From NCBI GenBank assembly GCA_963726745.1, contig CAVSDR010000006.1, positions 352,001 through 416,000 of the forward strand: DNA of 64,000 nucleotides, read 5' to 3'. Every line of letters starts with the position of its first letter. Position 1 is the first letter of the stretch. Below the pieces are notes generated by a model that saw nothing but the letters and a program-made list of their open reading frames with translations, was not told where the DNA came from and searched no databases. Positions 39,277 to 49,172 of the stretch are shown here, in pieces. This DNA is from an uncultured Verrucomicrobiae bacterium. GTDB taxonomy: Bacteria > Verrucomicrobiota > Verrucomicrobiia > Chthoniobacterales > UBA10450. The position numbers and the translations under genes are program-made.

Positions 39277-40184
39277 GATTCATTTGCTCCCAAAGTTTCG
39301 CCGCGAGCGCTTCCGGGTCGGGCGCGCCCGTGACCGCGCCCTGTCGCGGCGCGGTCTCGCCTTCATCAAAAATCTGCGCGCGCAGGGTCATGATCTCGCT
39401 GTCTAATTTTGCCAGCACGCCCACCGGCGTGCCGCAATCGCCCTGCAACCGCCGCAGGAACTCACGCTCCGCGTGGAGGCAAAGCAGGCTGGGCGCATGA
39501 TTCAGCGGCGCCAAGGACGCGCGCGTCTTTTCGTCCTCCGCGCGAATCTGGAGCGCGACAATCCCCTGCCCGCCCGCAGGCAAAAAGTCGTCCGCCGAAA
39601 GAATCGTCGTCCGGAAGCGCGCGCCCTCGAACTCGATCTCGCCGGCTGCGACCGGAAAGCCGAGCCGCTCGAGCCCGGCGCGCGCGAGCAGGATCGCGTC
39701 CCACGAGTTGCTGGCTAATTTCCGCAGCCGCGTGGGCACATTGCCACGCAAGCCGACGACCTCGAGCCCGGGACGCAGCCAGCGCAATTGATGCGCGCGC
39801 CGCACGCTCCCAGTCGCGATCACGCCGCGTGCCGGGAGTTCCGTCACGGATCTTCGCCACGAGCACATCCTCGAAGTTCGCCCGCGGAAGAGCCGCGGAA
39901 ATCATCAGGCCGTCGCTTCGCTCGCTCGGCAGATCCTTCGCGCTATGCACCGCGACATCGATCCCGCCCGCACGCAGCACCCGCTCGATCTCGGCGGTAA
40001 ACATGCCCTTCAAGCCGGCGTGCCGGTCGACCGGTTCTGGGCTGCGGCCACCGCGTTCGTCGCCGCTGGTGGTGATGATTTTGATTTCCACCTCCACGCC
40101 GTGCGCGCGCAATCCCGCCTCGACCATCGCCGCTTGCGCGCGCGCAAGATCGCTCCCGCGCGTGCCGAGAACAACGCGGCTCAC
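39266..40184 (-). CDS. hemC: Hydroxymethylbilane synthase; frameshift near 39850
   Basis: GTRGS.LARAQ, KGMFT.EIE, AVHSAKDLP / TGSVRR, LRGNVPTRL, ILLARAGL.RLG, AEREFL...GDC..PVG. Confidence 0.93.
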
Positions 40185-41260
40185 GATTCGGACGCCCGCA
40201 ACGGCGCGTCGGGTAAAATGCGGTGCGGTTCCTCGCGCTGGCGGCGCACTTCCGTGCCATCCCGCCGCAGCCAGTCGCCGAAATCGGTCACGTGCTCGGC
40301 GATGATCGTCTCGCCCGCGGCGACCTGTTGCCGGCGCAGCGCCAGCGCCTGCTCCGCAACCGAGCGGAGCGAATCGATGTCGTAAAGGTAAACGCCCTCC
40401 ATCTCATTCACGTCGGGTGCAACGTCGCGCGGGACCGCGATGTCGATGATGAAAAGCGGCCGGTCCCAGCGCGGGCGGAGGATCGGGGCCAGCTTCGCCC
40501 GCGTGAGCAATGGCTCCTCGGAAGCAGTCGACGAGATCAGGATGTCGACCTCGCCGCATTCCTTTTCCCAGCCGGCAAACGGGACCGATCTTCCACCCAC
40601 GGCCGCGGCCAGGAGCTCAGCGCGTTCGCCTGAGCGATTGGTCACGCGCAGGTCGGAAACTCCGCGGGAAGCGAGCGCACGCGCGGTCCGCTCGCTGGTT
40701 TCGCCCGCACCGACCACCAGCACTTTGCGCGTGCGCAAGTCGCCGAAAATTTTGACAGCAAGATCGACTGCCACCGAGCCGACCGAGACCGCGCCGCGGG
40801 TGATCTCGGTGTGCGTGCGCACCTGCTTGGCCACGCGAAAGGCGCGCTGGAAAAGCCGATGCAAGACCGGCCCCGCGCCGCCGGAAGTGCGGGCCGCTTC
40901 ATACGCTTGCTTGGCCTGCCCGAGCACTTCGGTCTCGCCCACGACCATGGAGTCGAGCCCGGCGGCCACGCGGAAAAGATGCTGCACACAGGCCTCGGCC
41001 TCGTAGCGATAAAACGCGCTCCCGTCCTCGAATTCCTCCTCCGGCGCGGCCGCGCGCAGGCAGCGCGCGATCGTCTCGTTCGAGATCGTTTGCGGCGCGA
41101 CCGCGTAGACTTCCACGCGGTTGCAGGTGGAAAGCAGGAGCGCTTCGGCACAGCCGCTGCCTTCGCGCAGGGCGCGGTCGGCCTCGAGATTGCGCACGTA
41201 GCGCTCGCGCGTTTCCACCGGGGCGGTGTGATGGCTCAGGCCGACGCAGAAAAGATTCAT
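40181..41260 (-). CDS. hemA: Glutamyl-tRNA reductase
   Basis: GLSHHTAP, LSTCNRVE, GLDSMVVGE.EVLGQ, GAGE, DIAVPRDV. Confidence 0.95.
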   Translation of the reverse strand: MNLFCVGLSHHTAPVETRERYVRNLEADRALREGSGCAEALLLSTCNRVEVYAVAPQTISNETIARCLRAAAPEEEFEDGSAFYRYEAEACVQHLFRVAAGLDSMVVGETEVLGQAKQAYEAARTSGGAGPVLHRLFQRAFRVAKQVRTHTEITRGAVSVGSVAVDLAVKIFGDLRTRKVLVVGAGETSERTARALASRGVSDLRVTNRSGERAELLAAAVGGRSVPFAGWEKECGEVDILISSTASEEPLLTRAKLAPILRPRWDRPLFIIDIAVPRDVAPDVNEMEGVYLYDIDSLRSVAEQALALRRQQVAAGETIIAEHVTDFGDWLRRDGTEVRRQREEPHRILPDAPLRASES

Positions 41261-41263
41261 TCG

Positions 41264-42055
41264 TTAGGCCGGCTGGCGCTGCGAGACAAAAGTGATCGCC
41301 CAGAGCACCGAGACCGCGGCGCTGAAGGCGAAGACGCAAAGCGCGGCCACGTGCTTGGGCGTGAGCCGGAGAAGATGGCGCCCGTGCAGGATCGCCGCGT
41401 AGAGGATCCAGATCCCGAGGGCGTAGGCCATCTTCACTCGCGGGAGCGGTTCGCCGGTAAAGAAGCCGCTGACTAAACCAACGGTATAAAGCAAAAATCC
41501 CAGCCAGAGCAGGCGGGTGATCGCCGCGTAGAGATCGGTCAGCGGCGGGAGGTGATGGAAAATGGAATGGAGTTGCCGGTGCTTCAATTGCCGCTCCTGC
41601 ACGAGATACATCGAGCCGGCGACGCAGGCGAGGGCGAAGGCGCCGTAGGCCACGATCGAGAGCGAGGCGTGCATCTCCAGCCACGGATTCACCGCCACCC
41701 GCGAGGCATGCGGCAGGTCGATCGGGGCGAGGAGCGCAAATCCTTGCATGAGCAGAACCAGCGGCGCGGTGAACGCGCCCATGAGCGAGAGTCGGTAGGC
41801 TGGACCGACAAGCAGATAAATCAGCGACACCGACCAAGCCAGGAAAACGAAGACCTCGAAGAGGTTCGTCAGCGGACAGCGGCCGAGCGCTTTCCCGCGG
41901 ACGTAGAGAAAGCCGGTCTGCAGCGCGAAGCCGGCCGCGATGGCGAAAAACCCGGCACGTCCTGGCTTGAAAACGCCGCCCTGCAGGAGCCAAAGCGACC
42001 GCACGACGGCAAAGAGAAAGCAGCCCGTCGAGGCGATAAGAAGAAGCCGGTCCAT
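41264..42055 (-). CDS. ccsA: Cytochrome c assembly CcsA-like membrane protein (HemX-like)
   Basis: Eight TM segments; CPLTNLFE, WLEMHASL, MYLVQERQLK, LPPL; lies directly upstream of hemA. Confidence 0.8.
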   Translation of the reverse strand: MDRLLLIASTGCFLFAVVRSLWLLQGGVFKPGRAGFFAIAAGFALQTGFLYVRGKALGRCPLTNLFEVFVFLAWSVSLIYLLVGPAYRLSLMGAFTAPLVLLMQGFALLAPIDLPHASRVAVNPWLEMHASLSIVAYGAFALACVAGSMYLVQERQLKHRQLHSIFHHLPPLTDLYAAITRLLWLGFLLYTVGLVSGFFTGEPLPRVKMAYALGIWILYAAILHGRHLLRLTPKHVAALCVFAFSAAVSVLWAITFVSQRQPA

Positions 42056-42112
42056 TTTGCGGACCCGAATTTACGGAGCGCAGCCTTCCGACGCAACCAA
42101 CGCGAGGTCGCG

Positions 42113-43477
42113 CTAGTTAATCGTGACCATCGTTCCCACCGGAATCTCGGAGAAGAGTTTCTGCGCCACATCCGCCGGCAGCCGAATGCAGCCGTGCGAC
42201 GCGGGATAGTTGGGGACGACGCCGGCATGCAGGCCGAAATCGAGGCAATTCAGCCGCATGAAAAAGGGCATCGGCACCTTGTAGATGCTCGAGCGGTGAT
42301 CGCGATTCTTGTCCGTGACGACAAACTGTCCCGAAGGCGTGGCAAAACCTTTGCGCCCGGTGCTGATGGCGGTTTGCAGGATGGGCACGCCGTTTTTGAT
42401 CACCGACGCGCGCTGGGTCGCGAGCGAGATTTCCACGCGCAACTGATCCGGGCTGGGCCCGCGGCCGAGGAGCATTTGCACGCATTGCGGCTTCTGCGTG
42501 CGCGCCGCGAAATAGAGCGCGAGCATTTTGTAGCGCGCGGTCTGGCGGTTCCGCTCCGCGCCCGCATCGAGGAGCGCACGCAGATACTCGCTCTTCCCGA
42601 GCGCGGCCGCGAGCATGAGCACGGTCACGCCCTGGTCTTCGCGGGCGTAGCCGCGAAAATTGTCGGACTTCACTTGCGTGAGGAAGTTCTTCTCCGGCGG
42701 CGTCGGCAAGGTGGTGTTCGGGTCGGCCCCGACCGCGAGGAGTTGGCGGAAAAGTTCGGTGTCGTCCGTTGCGATGGACCACGCGAGCAACGGCGTGCTG
42801 CTGCCGACGGCGGTCGGCGGACCGGCGTGCTTCGCCAGGAGCAGCCGGCTCAGATCCGGCTGGTTATTTTGCAGCGAAAGGAGGAGGGCATGGCGGGTGG
42901 CATCGGTCCAGGGAAGGTTCGCCGGGGCGCGCTCGAGCACCGGCTGGAGGAGTTCAGCCTTCCCACTGGAAGCGGCCATCGTGAGCAGGTCGGGACCGTC
43001 CGCCGTGGGCGTGGCCAAGGACGGCTCTGTCTCCAGGAGGAAGGCGAGCGCGGCGGCTTCGCGCGCAAGCACTGCGTGGTGGGCCGCGGTCCGGCCGGCG
43101 GCATCGACCGCTGCCAGCCGCGCGCCGTTTTGCGCGAGCAAGCGCAGCAGAACCACGTCGCCATGGACCGCCGCGAACATCAACGGCGTGACCCCTTCGC
43201 TGTCGGCCAATTCAAGGTCCGCCTTGGCCGCGAGGAGATGCTCGACCTGGGCGCGATCGCGCTGTTGCACCGCCAGCGCGAGCCGGCTGCGGCCCTCGGC
43301 ATCGCGCACGTTCGGGTCGAAAGGAGTCGGCGCCGGGCTGGCGGCCGCGGCCTGCGCCGCCGGAGATTTAGGCAGCAAGATGGACGGCGCCCGCTGGCTT
43401 TGGTGGAAGGTCGCACGATAGAGCATGCCCCCGACTACGAGGCCAACGAGGACAATAAGGGTGCGGAGGGCGGACAT
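42113..43477 (-). CDS. Ankyrin-repeat protein with C-terminal L,D-transpeptidase (YkuD) domain
   Basis: N-terminal TM; repeats G.TPLMFAA..G, GADPN, G.TVLMLAA; C-terminus ISTGRKGFATPSG...GLHAG.VP.YPASHGCIRL; start could be 43510. Confidence 0.85.
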   Translation of the reverse strand: MSALRTLIVLVGLVVGGMLYRATFHQSQRAPSILLPKSPAAQAAAASPAPTPFDPNVRDAEGRSRLALAVQQRDRAQVEHLLAAKADLELADSEGVTPLMFAAVHGDVVLLRLLAQNGARLAAVDAAGRTAAHHAVLAREAAALAFLLETEPSLATPTADGPDLLTMAASSGKAELLQPVLERAPANLPWTDATRHALLLSLQNNQPDLSRLLLAKHAGPPTAVGSSTPLLAWSIATDDTELFRQLLAVGADPNTTLPTPPEKNFLTQVKSDNFRGYAREDQGVTVLMLAAALGKSEYLRALLDAGAERNRQTARYKMLALYFAARTQKPQCVQMLLGRGPSPDQLRVEISLATQRASVIKNGVPILQTAISTGRKGFATPSGQFVVTDKNRDHRSSIYKVPMPFFMRLNCLDFGLHAGVVPNYPASHGCIRLPADVAQKLFSEIPVGTMVTIN

Positions 43478-43559
43478 GCGTTGGCGAGGATTTTGCGGCG
43501 GGGCAGGCATCGGAGTCAAGTGACCGCTCTGCGAAAGCAAGTCTGTGGCCGCCGGGCCG

Positions 43560-43587
43560 TTGACCTTTCCGGCGCAGCCGCTAGCGT
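43560..43587 (+). promoter_or_regulatory. Putative sigma70 promoter of apt (near-leaderless)
   Basis: TTGACC-16 nt-TAGCGT, 8 nt before ATG 43596. Confidence 0.45.
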
Positions 43588-43595
43588 CCGCCCAA

Positions 43596-44129
43596 ATGGC
43601 TCCAGACACGCTCGAAAGATTGCGCAGCGCGATTCGCGATGTGGCCGATTTCCCCAAGGCCGGGATCGTTTTCAAGGACATCACCCCGGTGCTGCAGGAC
43701 GGCGCGCTCTTTCGCTCGGCGATCGACCTGTTTCTCGATCGCTGCGACGGCCTCGAGCTCGACAAAATCGTCTGCATCGACGCGCGCGGCTTCCTCTTTG
43801 GCTCCGCCGTGGCTTACGAATTAGGCATCGGGCTGGTGCCGATCCGGAAGCGCGGGAAGCTCCCCTACAAGACCGAGCGTGCGGCCTACACCCTGGAGTA
43901 TGGCGAAGCCGAAATGGAGATGCACATCGACAGCATCGAGCCGGGCGAACGCATCGTCTTGATCGACGATCTGCTCGCGACCGGCGGCACTTCCGCCTCG
44001 GCGGTTACGCTGGTGCAAAAAGTCGGCGGCGTGCTCGTGGAAGCGCAGTTCTTGATCGAGCTAGAGTTTCTCCACGGCCGGGAAAAGCTCGAACCGGCCA
44101 CGCCCACGGTCTCGTTCCTGCGGTTTTAA
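43596..44129 (+). CDS. apt: Adenine phosphoribosyltransferase
   Basis: DFPK.GIVFKDITP, DARGF, RK.GKLP, LEYG, IDDLLATGGT. Confidence 0.96.
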   Translation: MAPDTLERLRSAIRDVADFPKAGIVFKDITPVLQDGALFRSAIDLFLDRCDGLELDKIVCIDARGFLFGSAVAYELGIGLVPIRKRGKLPYKTERAAYTLEYGEAEMEMHIDSIEPGERIVLIDDLLATGGTSASAVTLVQKVGGVLVEAQFLIELEFLHGREKLEPATPTVSFLRF

Positions 44130-44141
44130 GCGCCGGCTGCG

Positions 44142-44552
44142 CTAGTGGCAGCCGCAGCCGTCGCCGCAGCTTCCGCCGCTCTCGCGCACGACCACTTCCA
44201 ACCCGATCTCCTGGAGCGCGAGCTGGTCGTGGATCGCCTCGAGCAAAGCAAGTGCGCGCTCATCGGGCATCTCGTCGCAATGGAGTTCGATGCGCGATTT
44301 TTTGTCGGCCAATTCCGGATGCTCGCCGATCAACTCGCCATCCAGGAGAAAGGAGGCGTAGGCGTTGAACTTCTCCTGCAGCTGGTGCAGGCGCTCATCG
44401 CTTCCATCCCAGGCGCGGTCTTCTTTCATGATCAAGAGGAGCTGGTCGGTCTTTTGGTCGAGGCCAAAGAGATCGATTACCGCGGGATTGGCCACGCCGG
44501 TGGCCGACTCTTGGGCCGGCGCATGTGTGTGTTCGTCGTGGTCGTGTCGCAT
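44142..44552 (-). CDS. Hypothetical protein with His-rich N-terminus and Cys-rich tail
   Basis: GV.NP.VIDL...W..SDE.L.QLQEKFNAYASF.LDGEL; ends CGDGCGCH. Confidence 0.7.
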   Translation of the reverse strand: MRHDHDEHTHAPAQESATGVANPAVIDLFGLDQKTDQLLLIMKEDRAWDGSDERLHQLQEKFNAYASFLLDGELIGEHPELADKKSRIELHCDEMPDERALALLEAIHDQLALQEIGLEVVVRESGGSCGDGCGCH

Positions 44553-44649
44553 TCACAGCTCATAGCGCGCGCAAGGTTCAACGACTCGCGGGCCACGTCC
44601 AGCGAGCTTTGCGATTTGCTGTGCGCAGCGGGAGGCCGCAGGGTTTCCG

Positions 44650-45504
44650 GTGCGCTTCCTCTTCCTTCTTATCGCGACCACTGCCCTGGCCCGGGCCGGC
44701 TTCACCCCCGAGCTGATCCAGAACAACAGCTACTGGGGCGACGGCAAAGCCGAGTTTAACATCTACGGCGGCGAGATCGCGCGCTACGGCACCCCGCGCC
44801 CGGTGGATAACATTCTCCACATCTTCGTGCGCGAACCTTACGATCCGGCGCAGGCGGTGAAGCCGGATGACTGGAACAAGCCGGGCACGGTCCAGGTCTT
44901 GAAGCTCAACCAGATCATCCAGGTCCAGACTGGGCTCTACGTTTACCAGCAAATGCACTCGAACTTCTGGCGGGTGGAAGACAGTGCGCTGGCTAAGTTT
45001 TCCCTAACGAGCAATGACAGCTGCGGGAATACCTATAAGGAAGGCCGCCGCCCCGATGGCGCGCAGCCTTGGGATTACGAGTGGCATACCTATTGGGATG
45101 GAATGGCGCGCGGCGAGGAAAAAGTCACGCCGCCGGCCGACGGGTACTTTTACGACGAGCTTCCGTGGCTCGTGCGCACGATCGATTTTTCCAAGCCGGA
45201 GCCGTTCGAGATCCAATTAGCCGGCACCATGATCAAGTCGAAGAAGGACACCTTCGAATGGAAGCCCGCGAAGATTTCCTTTACCCAAACCGACAAGCTC
45301 ATCGACGTGGCGGTGGAGCACGCCGGTGGCACGGATCACTTCTTTCTCGACCGCGGCGGCCCGCATCTCCTGCGCGAGTGGAAGGCGGCCGATGGCAGCC
45401 ACCTGAAACTGAAGCGCAACCTCAAGGTCGCTTACTGGAACTACAACAAGCCAGGCGATCGCGAGCGGGCCTTCAACGATCCGATGCTGCGACTGCCGGA
45501 CTAA
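44650..45504 (+). CDS. Secreted hypothetical protein
   Basis: Signal peptide (ALARA), YWGDGKAE, VLKLN, DSCG; strong codon bias. Confidence 0.8.
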   Translation: MRFLFLLIATTALARAGFTPELIQNNSYWGDGKAEFNIYGGEIARYGTPRPVDNILHIFVREPYDPAQAVKPDDWNKPGTVQVLKLNQIIQVQTGLYVYQQMHSNFWRVEDSALAKFSLTSNDSCGNTYKEGRRPDGAQPWDYEWHTYWDGMARGEEKVTPPADGYFYDELPWLVRTIDFSKPEPFEIQLAGTMIKSKKDTFEWKPAKISFTQTDKLIDVAVEHAGGTDHFFLDRGGPHLLREWKAADGSHLKLKRNLKVAYWNYNKPGDRERAFNDPMLRLPD

Positions 45505-45514
45505 CGGATCCTCC

Positions 45515-45585
45515 GCCACGGAGCGACACGGATTTTCACGGAGGAAGAGTCTGAAATCCGTGTTTCATCCGGGTTCATCCATGGC
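45515..45585. repeat. Intergenic hairpin built from tandem CACGGA units
   Basis: gcCACGGA-gcgaCACGGA-ttttCACGGA, spacer, then TCCGTG-tttca-TCCGGG-ttca-TCCATGgc (inverted copies). Confidence 0.7.
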
Positions 45586-45598
45586 TAAATAGAGCCCT

Positions 45599-46012
45599 AT
45601 GGCGAAAGCAAAAACTTCCAAGCTCACGCTCCTCGGCCGCAGCGAAACGCGCCTGCCGAAATCGCCTAACGAGGCGCGCCTGGAGACCTTCCCCACGCCC
45701 TCGCAGCGGCCATACACGATTCGTTTCGAGACGGCTGATTTCACCTCGCTGTGTCCCGTCACTGGGCAGATGGATTTCGCGCAAATCGTGATCGAGTACG
45801 TGCCCGACCAGCTCTGCGTGGAGAGCAAATCGCTCAAGTTTTACCTCGCCTCCTTCCGCAACGAGCGCGCTTTCAACGAAGCGGTGACCAATCGCATTCT
45901 CGATGATTTCGTGGCCGCGGTGCAGCCGCGCCAGGCGGTCGTGACCGCGGAGTTTTCCGCGCGCGGCGGCATCGCGTTGACCGTGCGCGCGGAGCATTAC
46001 GGCGAGCAATAG
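45599..46012 (+). CDS. queF: NADPH-dependent 7-cyano-7-deazaguanine reductase
   Basis: FTSLCPVTGQ.DF, VESKSLKFYL.SFRN, RGGI. Confidence 0.93.
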   Translation: MAKAKTSKLTLLGRSETRLPKSPNEARLETFPTPSQRPYTIRFETADFTSLCPVTGQMDFAQIVIEYVPDQLCVESKSLKFYLASFRNERAFNEAVTNRILDDFVAAVQPRQAVVTAEFSARGGIALTVRAEHYGEQ

Positions 46013-46033
46013 GCGGCATTTTCACCGCGCCTC

Positions 46034-47285
46034 ATGGAAGCCGCGCCTCCGACTTTCGCCGAGGCTTTCCGCTTTTGGCTCAAGCTCGGCTTCATCAGCT
46101 TCGGCGGCCCCGCGGGGCAAATCGCGATCATGCAGACGGAGCTGGTGGAGCGGCGCCGCTGGATCAGCCAGGAGCGCTTCCTTCATGCGCTCAATTTTTG
46201 CATGTTGCTGCCTGGCCCGGAGGCGCAGCAGCTCGCGATCTACATCGGCTGGCTGCTCCATCGGACGGCCGGCGGGATCGTGGCCGGCGGGCTCTTCGTC
46301 TTGCCGTCCAGTTTTCATCCTCTGGGGACTGAGCGCGATCTATGCGGCCTACGGTAATCTCCCGTGGATCGCGGCCCTCTTTTACGGGCTCAAGCCAGCG
46401 GTGCTCGCGATCGTGGCCGCCGCTGTCCTGCGGATCGGGCGCAAGGCGCTCAAGACACCGCTGCGCTGGAGCCTCGCGGCGGCGGCCTTCATCGCGATCT
46501 TCTTCCTGCGGGTGCCGTTTCCCCTGATCGTTTTCTCCGCGCTCGCGCTCGGATTTTTTCTGCCCGCGGAAATTAGACAGCAAGATGACCGCTCGTTAGG
46601 CGCCGAGCCAGCGCCGGGCTTGCGGCGCAGCCTGCTCATCGTCGCGACCTGCCTGGCGCTCTGGTGGACGCCGGTCGCGCTCATGGGACTTTGGCAAGGC
46701 TGGCATTCCGCGCTTTTCCAGGAGGGCGTGTTCTTCAGCAAGACCGCGATCGTGACTTTCGGCGGCGCTTACGCGGTGCTGCCGTATGTGGCGCAGCACG
46801 CGCACGAGACCTATGGCTGGCTGCAAAGCGGGCAAATGGTCGATGGCCTCGGGCTGGCGGAGACCACCCCGGGACCGCTGATCATGGTCCTGCAATTTGT
46901 CGGGTTCATGGGCGGTTGGAATCATCCGGGCGCGCTCCCGCCGTTGCTCGCGGCCACGCTCGGCGCGGTTCTCACCACCTGGGTCACCTTCGTGCCGTGC
47001 TTCCTTTGGATTTTCCTGGGCGCGCCCTATGTCGAAAAGCTGCGCGACCATGCCCGCCTGCGCGGCGCGCTCGGGACCGTCACCGCCGCGGTCGTGGGCG
47101 TGATCTTGAACCTCGCGGTTTGGTTCGGCTGGCAGGTGCTTTTCCCAGGAGGGCGCGGGTTCGATTGGTTTGCCGGCGTGCTCGCCGCGATCGCCCTGGC
47201 GGGAATGGTGCGCTGGCGCTGGGGGGTGATTCCGGTGGTGCTCGGCTGCGGCGTGGCCGGCGTGCTCCACCGCTTCGTCGCCTAG
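46034..47285 (+). CDS. chrA: Chromate efflux transporter; frameshift near 46310
   Basis: [23 protein letters not shown] / [18 protein letters not shown]. Confidence 0.92.
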
Positions 47286-47290
47286 GCTGA

Positions 47291-47318
47291 TTGACTTGAA
47301 ACCTTTTGATTTTAGCTT
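47291..47318 (+). promoter_or_regulatory. Putative sigma70 promoter of the ptp-glyA / zwf / opcA operon
   Basis: TTGACT-16 nt-TAGCTT in an AT-rich intergenic patch. Confidence 0.45.
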
Positions 47319-47351
47319 CCCGGACCCGCGCGCAACGCTGCGCTCTCCCGT

Positions 47352-49157
47352 GTGAAAAACGTCCTCTTTGTCTGTACCGGAAACATCTGCCGCAGCCCGA
47401 TGGCGGAAGGTCTTTTCCGCCGGATGCTCGGGAAACGCGGCGACATCGCGGTGGCGTCTGCCGGGGTCCACGCGGTGCGCGGGCAGCCACCGAGCACCTT
47501 TGCGGTCCAGGCCTTGCGCGACGAGGGCGTGGACATCAACGGCCTGCGCAGCCAGCCGCTCACGGCCACGCTGGTCGAGCGCGCGACCCACATTTTCGCG
47601 ATGACCGGCGCGCATCTGGAATCGATTCAGATGCTCTTCCCGCAGGCCGCGGAGAAGACTTATCTCCTGCGCGAATTTGAAGAAGCCGGCACCACGGTTT
47701 GGCGCGATGTGCCCGACCCGATCGGCTGCAGTCGCGACGTCTACCTGGTCTGCGCGGCCACGATCAAAAACGCTTTACCGAGTGTGCTCGCGTTCGTAGA
47801 ACAAAGCCCGGCGGCAGTGCCGGCGAGCGCGCGCCCGGGCGGTTCTCTTTCCTACTCTATGGCTGAATTGTCTTCACACACGGCGGGCGGGCCCGGCGCT
47901 TCGGCGACCGGCGGGCAGAGTAGCGGCGGCTTGCGCAAAGCCGATCCGGAAATCTTCGACGTCATCCAGGCGGAGGAAAAACGGCAGCGCGAAGGGATCG
48001 AGCTGATCGCCTCGGAAAACTTCACCAGCCGCGCGGTCATGGAAGCGCAGGGCAGTTGCCTAACGAATAAATACGCCGAGGGCTATCCGGGAAAACGCTG
48101 GTACGGCGGCTGCGAAAACGTCGACGTGGCCGAGCAGCTCGCGATCGACCGTGCGAAGCGCCTCTTCGATTGCGAACACGTCAACGTCCAGCCGCACAGC
48201 GGCGCGCAGGCGAACATGGCGGTCTACTTCTCCGTCCTGAAACCGGGCGACAAGATCCTCGCGATGAACCTGGCCCATGGCGGCCACTTGACCCACGGGC
48301 ACCCGGCGAATTTCTCCGGCAAGTTCTATGAAGTTGCTGCCTATGGCGTGAGCGAGCAGGACGAGCGGATCGATTACGACGCGCTCGCGAAACAAGCCGA
48401 GGAAGTGCGACCGGCGATGATCACCGCGGGCGCTTCCGCCTATCCGCGCACGATCGATTTTCCGCGCCTGCGCCAGATCGCCGATTCGGTGGACGCGCTC
48501 CTTTTCATCGACATGGCGCACATCGCCGGGCTCGTCGCCGGCGGTCAGCATCCGAGCCCGATTCCGCACGCGCATTTCGTGACCACGACGACGCACAAAA
48601 GCTTGCGCGGCCCGCGCGGCGGCATCGTGATGTGCCAGGAAAAGTTTGCCAAGGGGATCGACGGCACGGTTTTCCCCGGCATCCAGGGCGGCCCGCTGAT
48701 GCACGTGATCGCGGCCAAGGCCGTCTGCTTCCACGAGGCGTTGCAGCCGCAGTTCCGCGAATACCAGCGGCAAGTGGTGGTGAATGCGAAGGCGCTCGCC
48801 GCTGGCCTGGCGAAGCATGGTTTCCGCATCGTCTCCGGCGGGACCGACAATCACCTCATGCTGGTCGACCTGCGGCCGAAAGATTTAAACGGCAAGATCG
48901 CGCAGGAAGTCCTCGATCGTGCCGGAATCACGGTAAACAAAAACGGCATCCCCTTCGATACGCTGCCGATCTTTAAGCCCGGCGGCATCCGCGTGGGCAC
49001 ACCTGCGGTCACCACTCGCGGGATGCGCGAGGAAGAGATGCTCGACATCGCCGATCTGATCAACGAAGCGCTCGAGAAACGCGACGACGCCCCGGCCTTG
49101 ACCGCGATCCACGGAAAAGTGCGCGAGATCATGCGGCGCTTTCCGCTCCCGTCGTAG
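47352..49157 (+). CDS. glyA: Low-molecular-weight protein tyrosine/arginine phosphatase fused to serine hydroxymethyltransferase
   Basis: [13 protein letters not shown]...DVPDPIG, linker, then [41 protein letters not shown]. Confidence 0.93.
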   Translation: MKNVLFVCTGNICRSPMAEGLFRRMLGKRGDIAVASAGVHAVRGQPPSTFAVQALRDEGVDINGLRSQPLTATLVERATHIFAMTGAHLESIQMLFPQAAEKTYLLREFEEAGTTVWRDVPDPIGCSRDVYLVCAATIKNALPSVLAFVEQSPAAVPASARPGGSLSYSMAELSSHTAGGPGASATGGQSSGGLRKADPEIFDVIQAEEKRQREGIELIASENFTSRAVMEAQGSCLTNKYAEGYPGKRWYGGCENVDVAEQLAIDRAKRLFDCEHVNVQPHSGAQANMAVYFSVLKPGDKILAMNLAHGGHLTHGHPANFSGKFYEVAAYGVSEQDERIDYDALAKQAEEVRPAMITAGASAYPRTIDFPRLRQIADSVDALLFIDMAHIAGLVAGGQHPSPIPHAHFVTTTTHKSLRGPRGGIVMCQEKFAKGIDGTVFPGIQGGPLMHVIAAKAVCFHEALQPQFREYQRQVVVNAKALAAGLAKHGFRIVSGGTDNHLMLVDLRPKDLNGKIAQEVLDRAGITVNKNGIPFDTLPIFKPGGIRVGTPAVTTRGMREEEMLDIADLINEALEKRDDAPALTAIHGKVREIMRRFPLPS

Positions 49158-49172
49158 CGACGGCACGCGCCA

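Noticed and set aside
41552..44368. 938-aa plus-strand ORF and other long shadow ORFs (e.g. 35101-36945, 53021-54751, 30521-32074, 29364-30776)
   Set aside because: They are antisense or off-frame to well-supported genes, Arg/Ala/Gly-rich and without motifs, as expected in high-GC DNA where stop codons are scarce.
45505..45598. preQ1 riboswitch upstream of queF
   Set aside because: No short P1 stem-loop followed by the A-rich tail of preQ1-I; the region is explained by a tandem-unit inverted repeat. An Rfam scan was not run.
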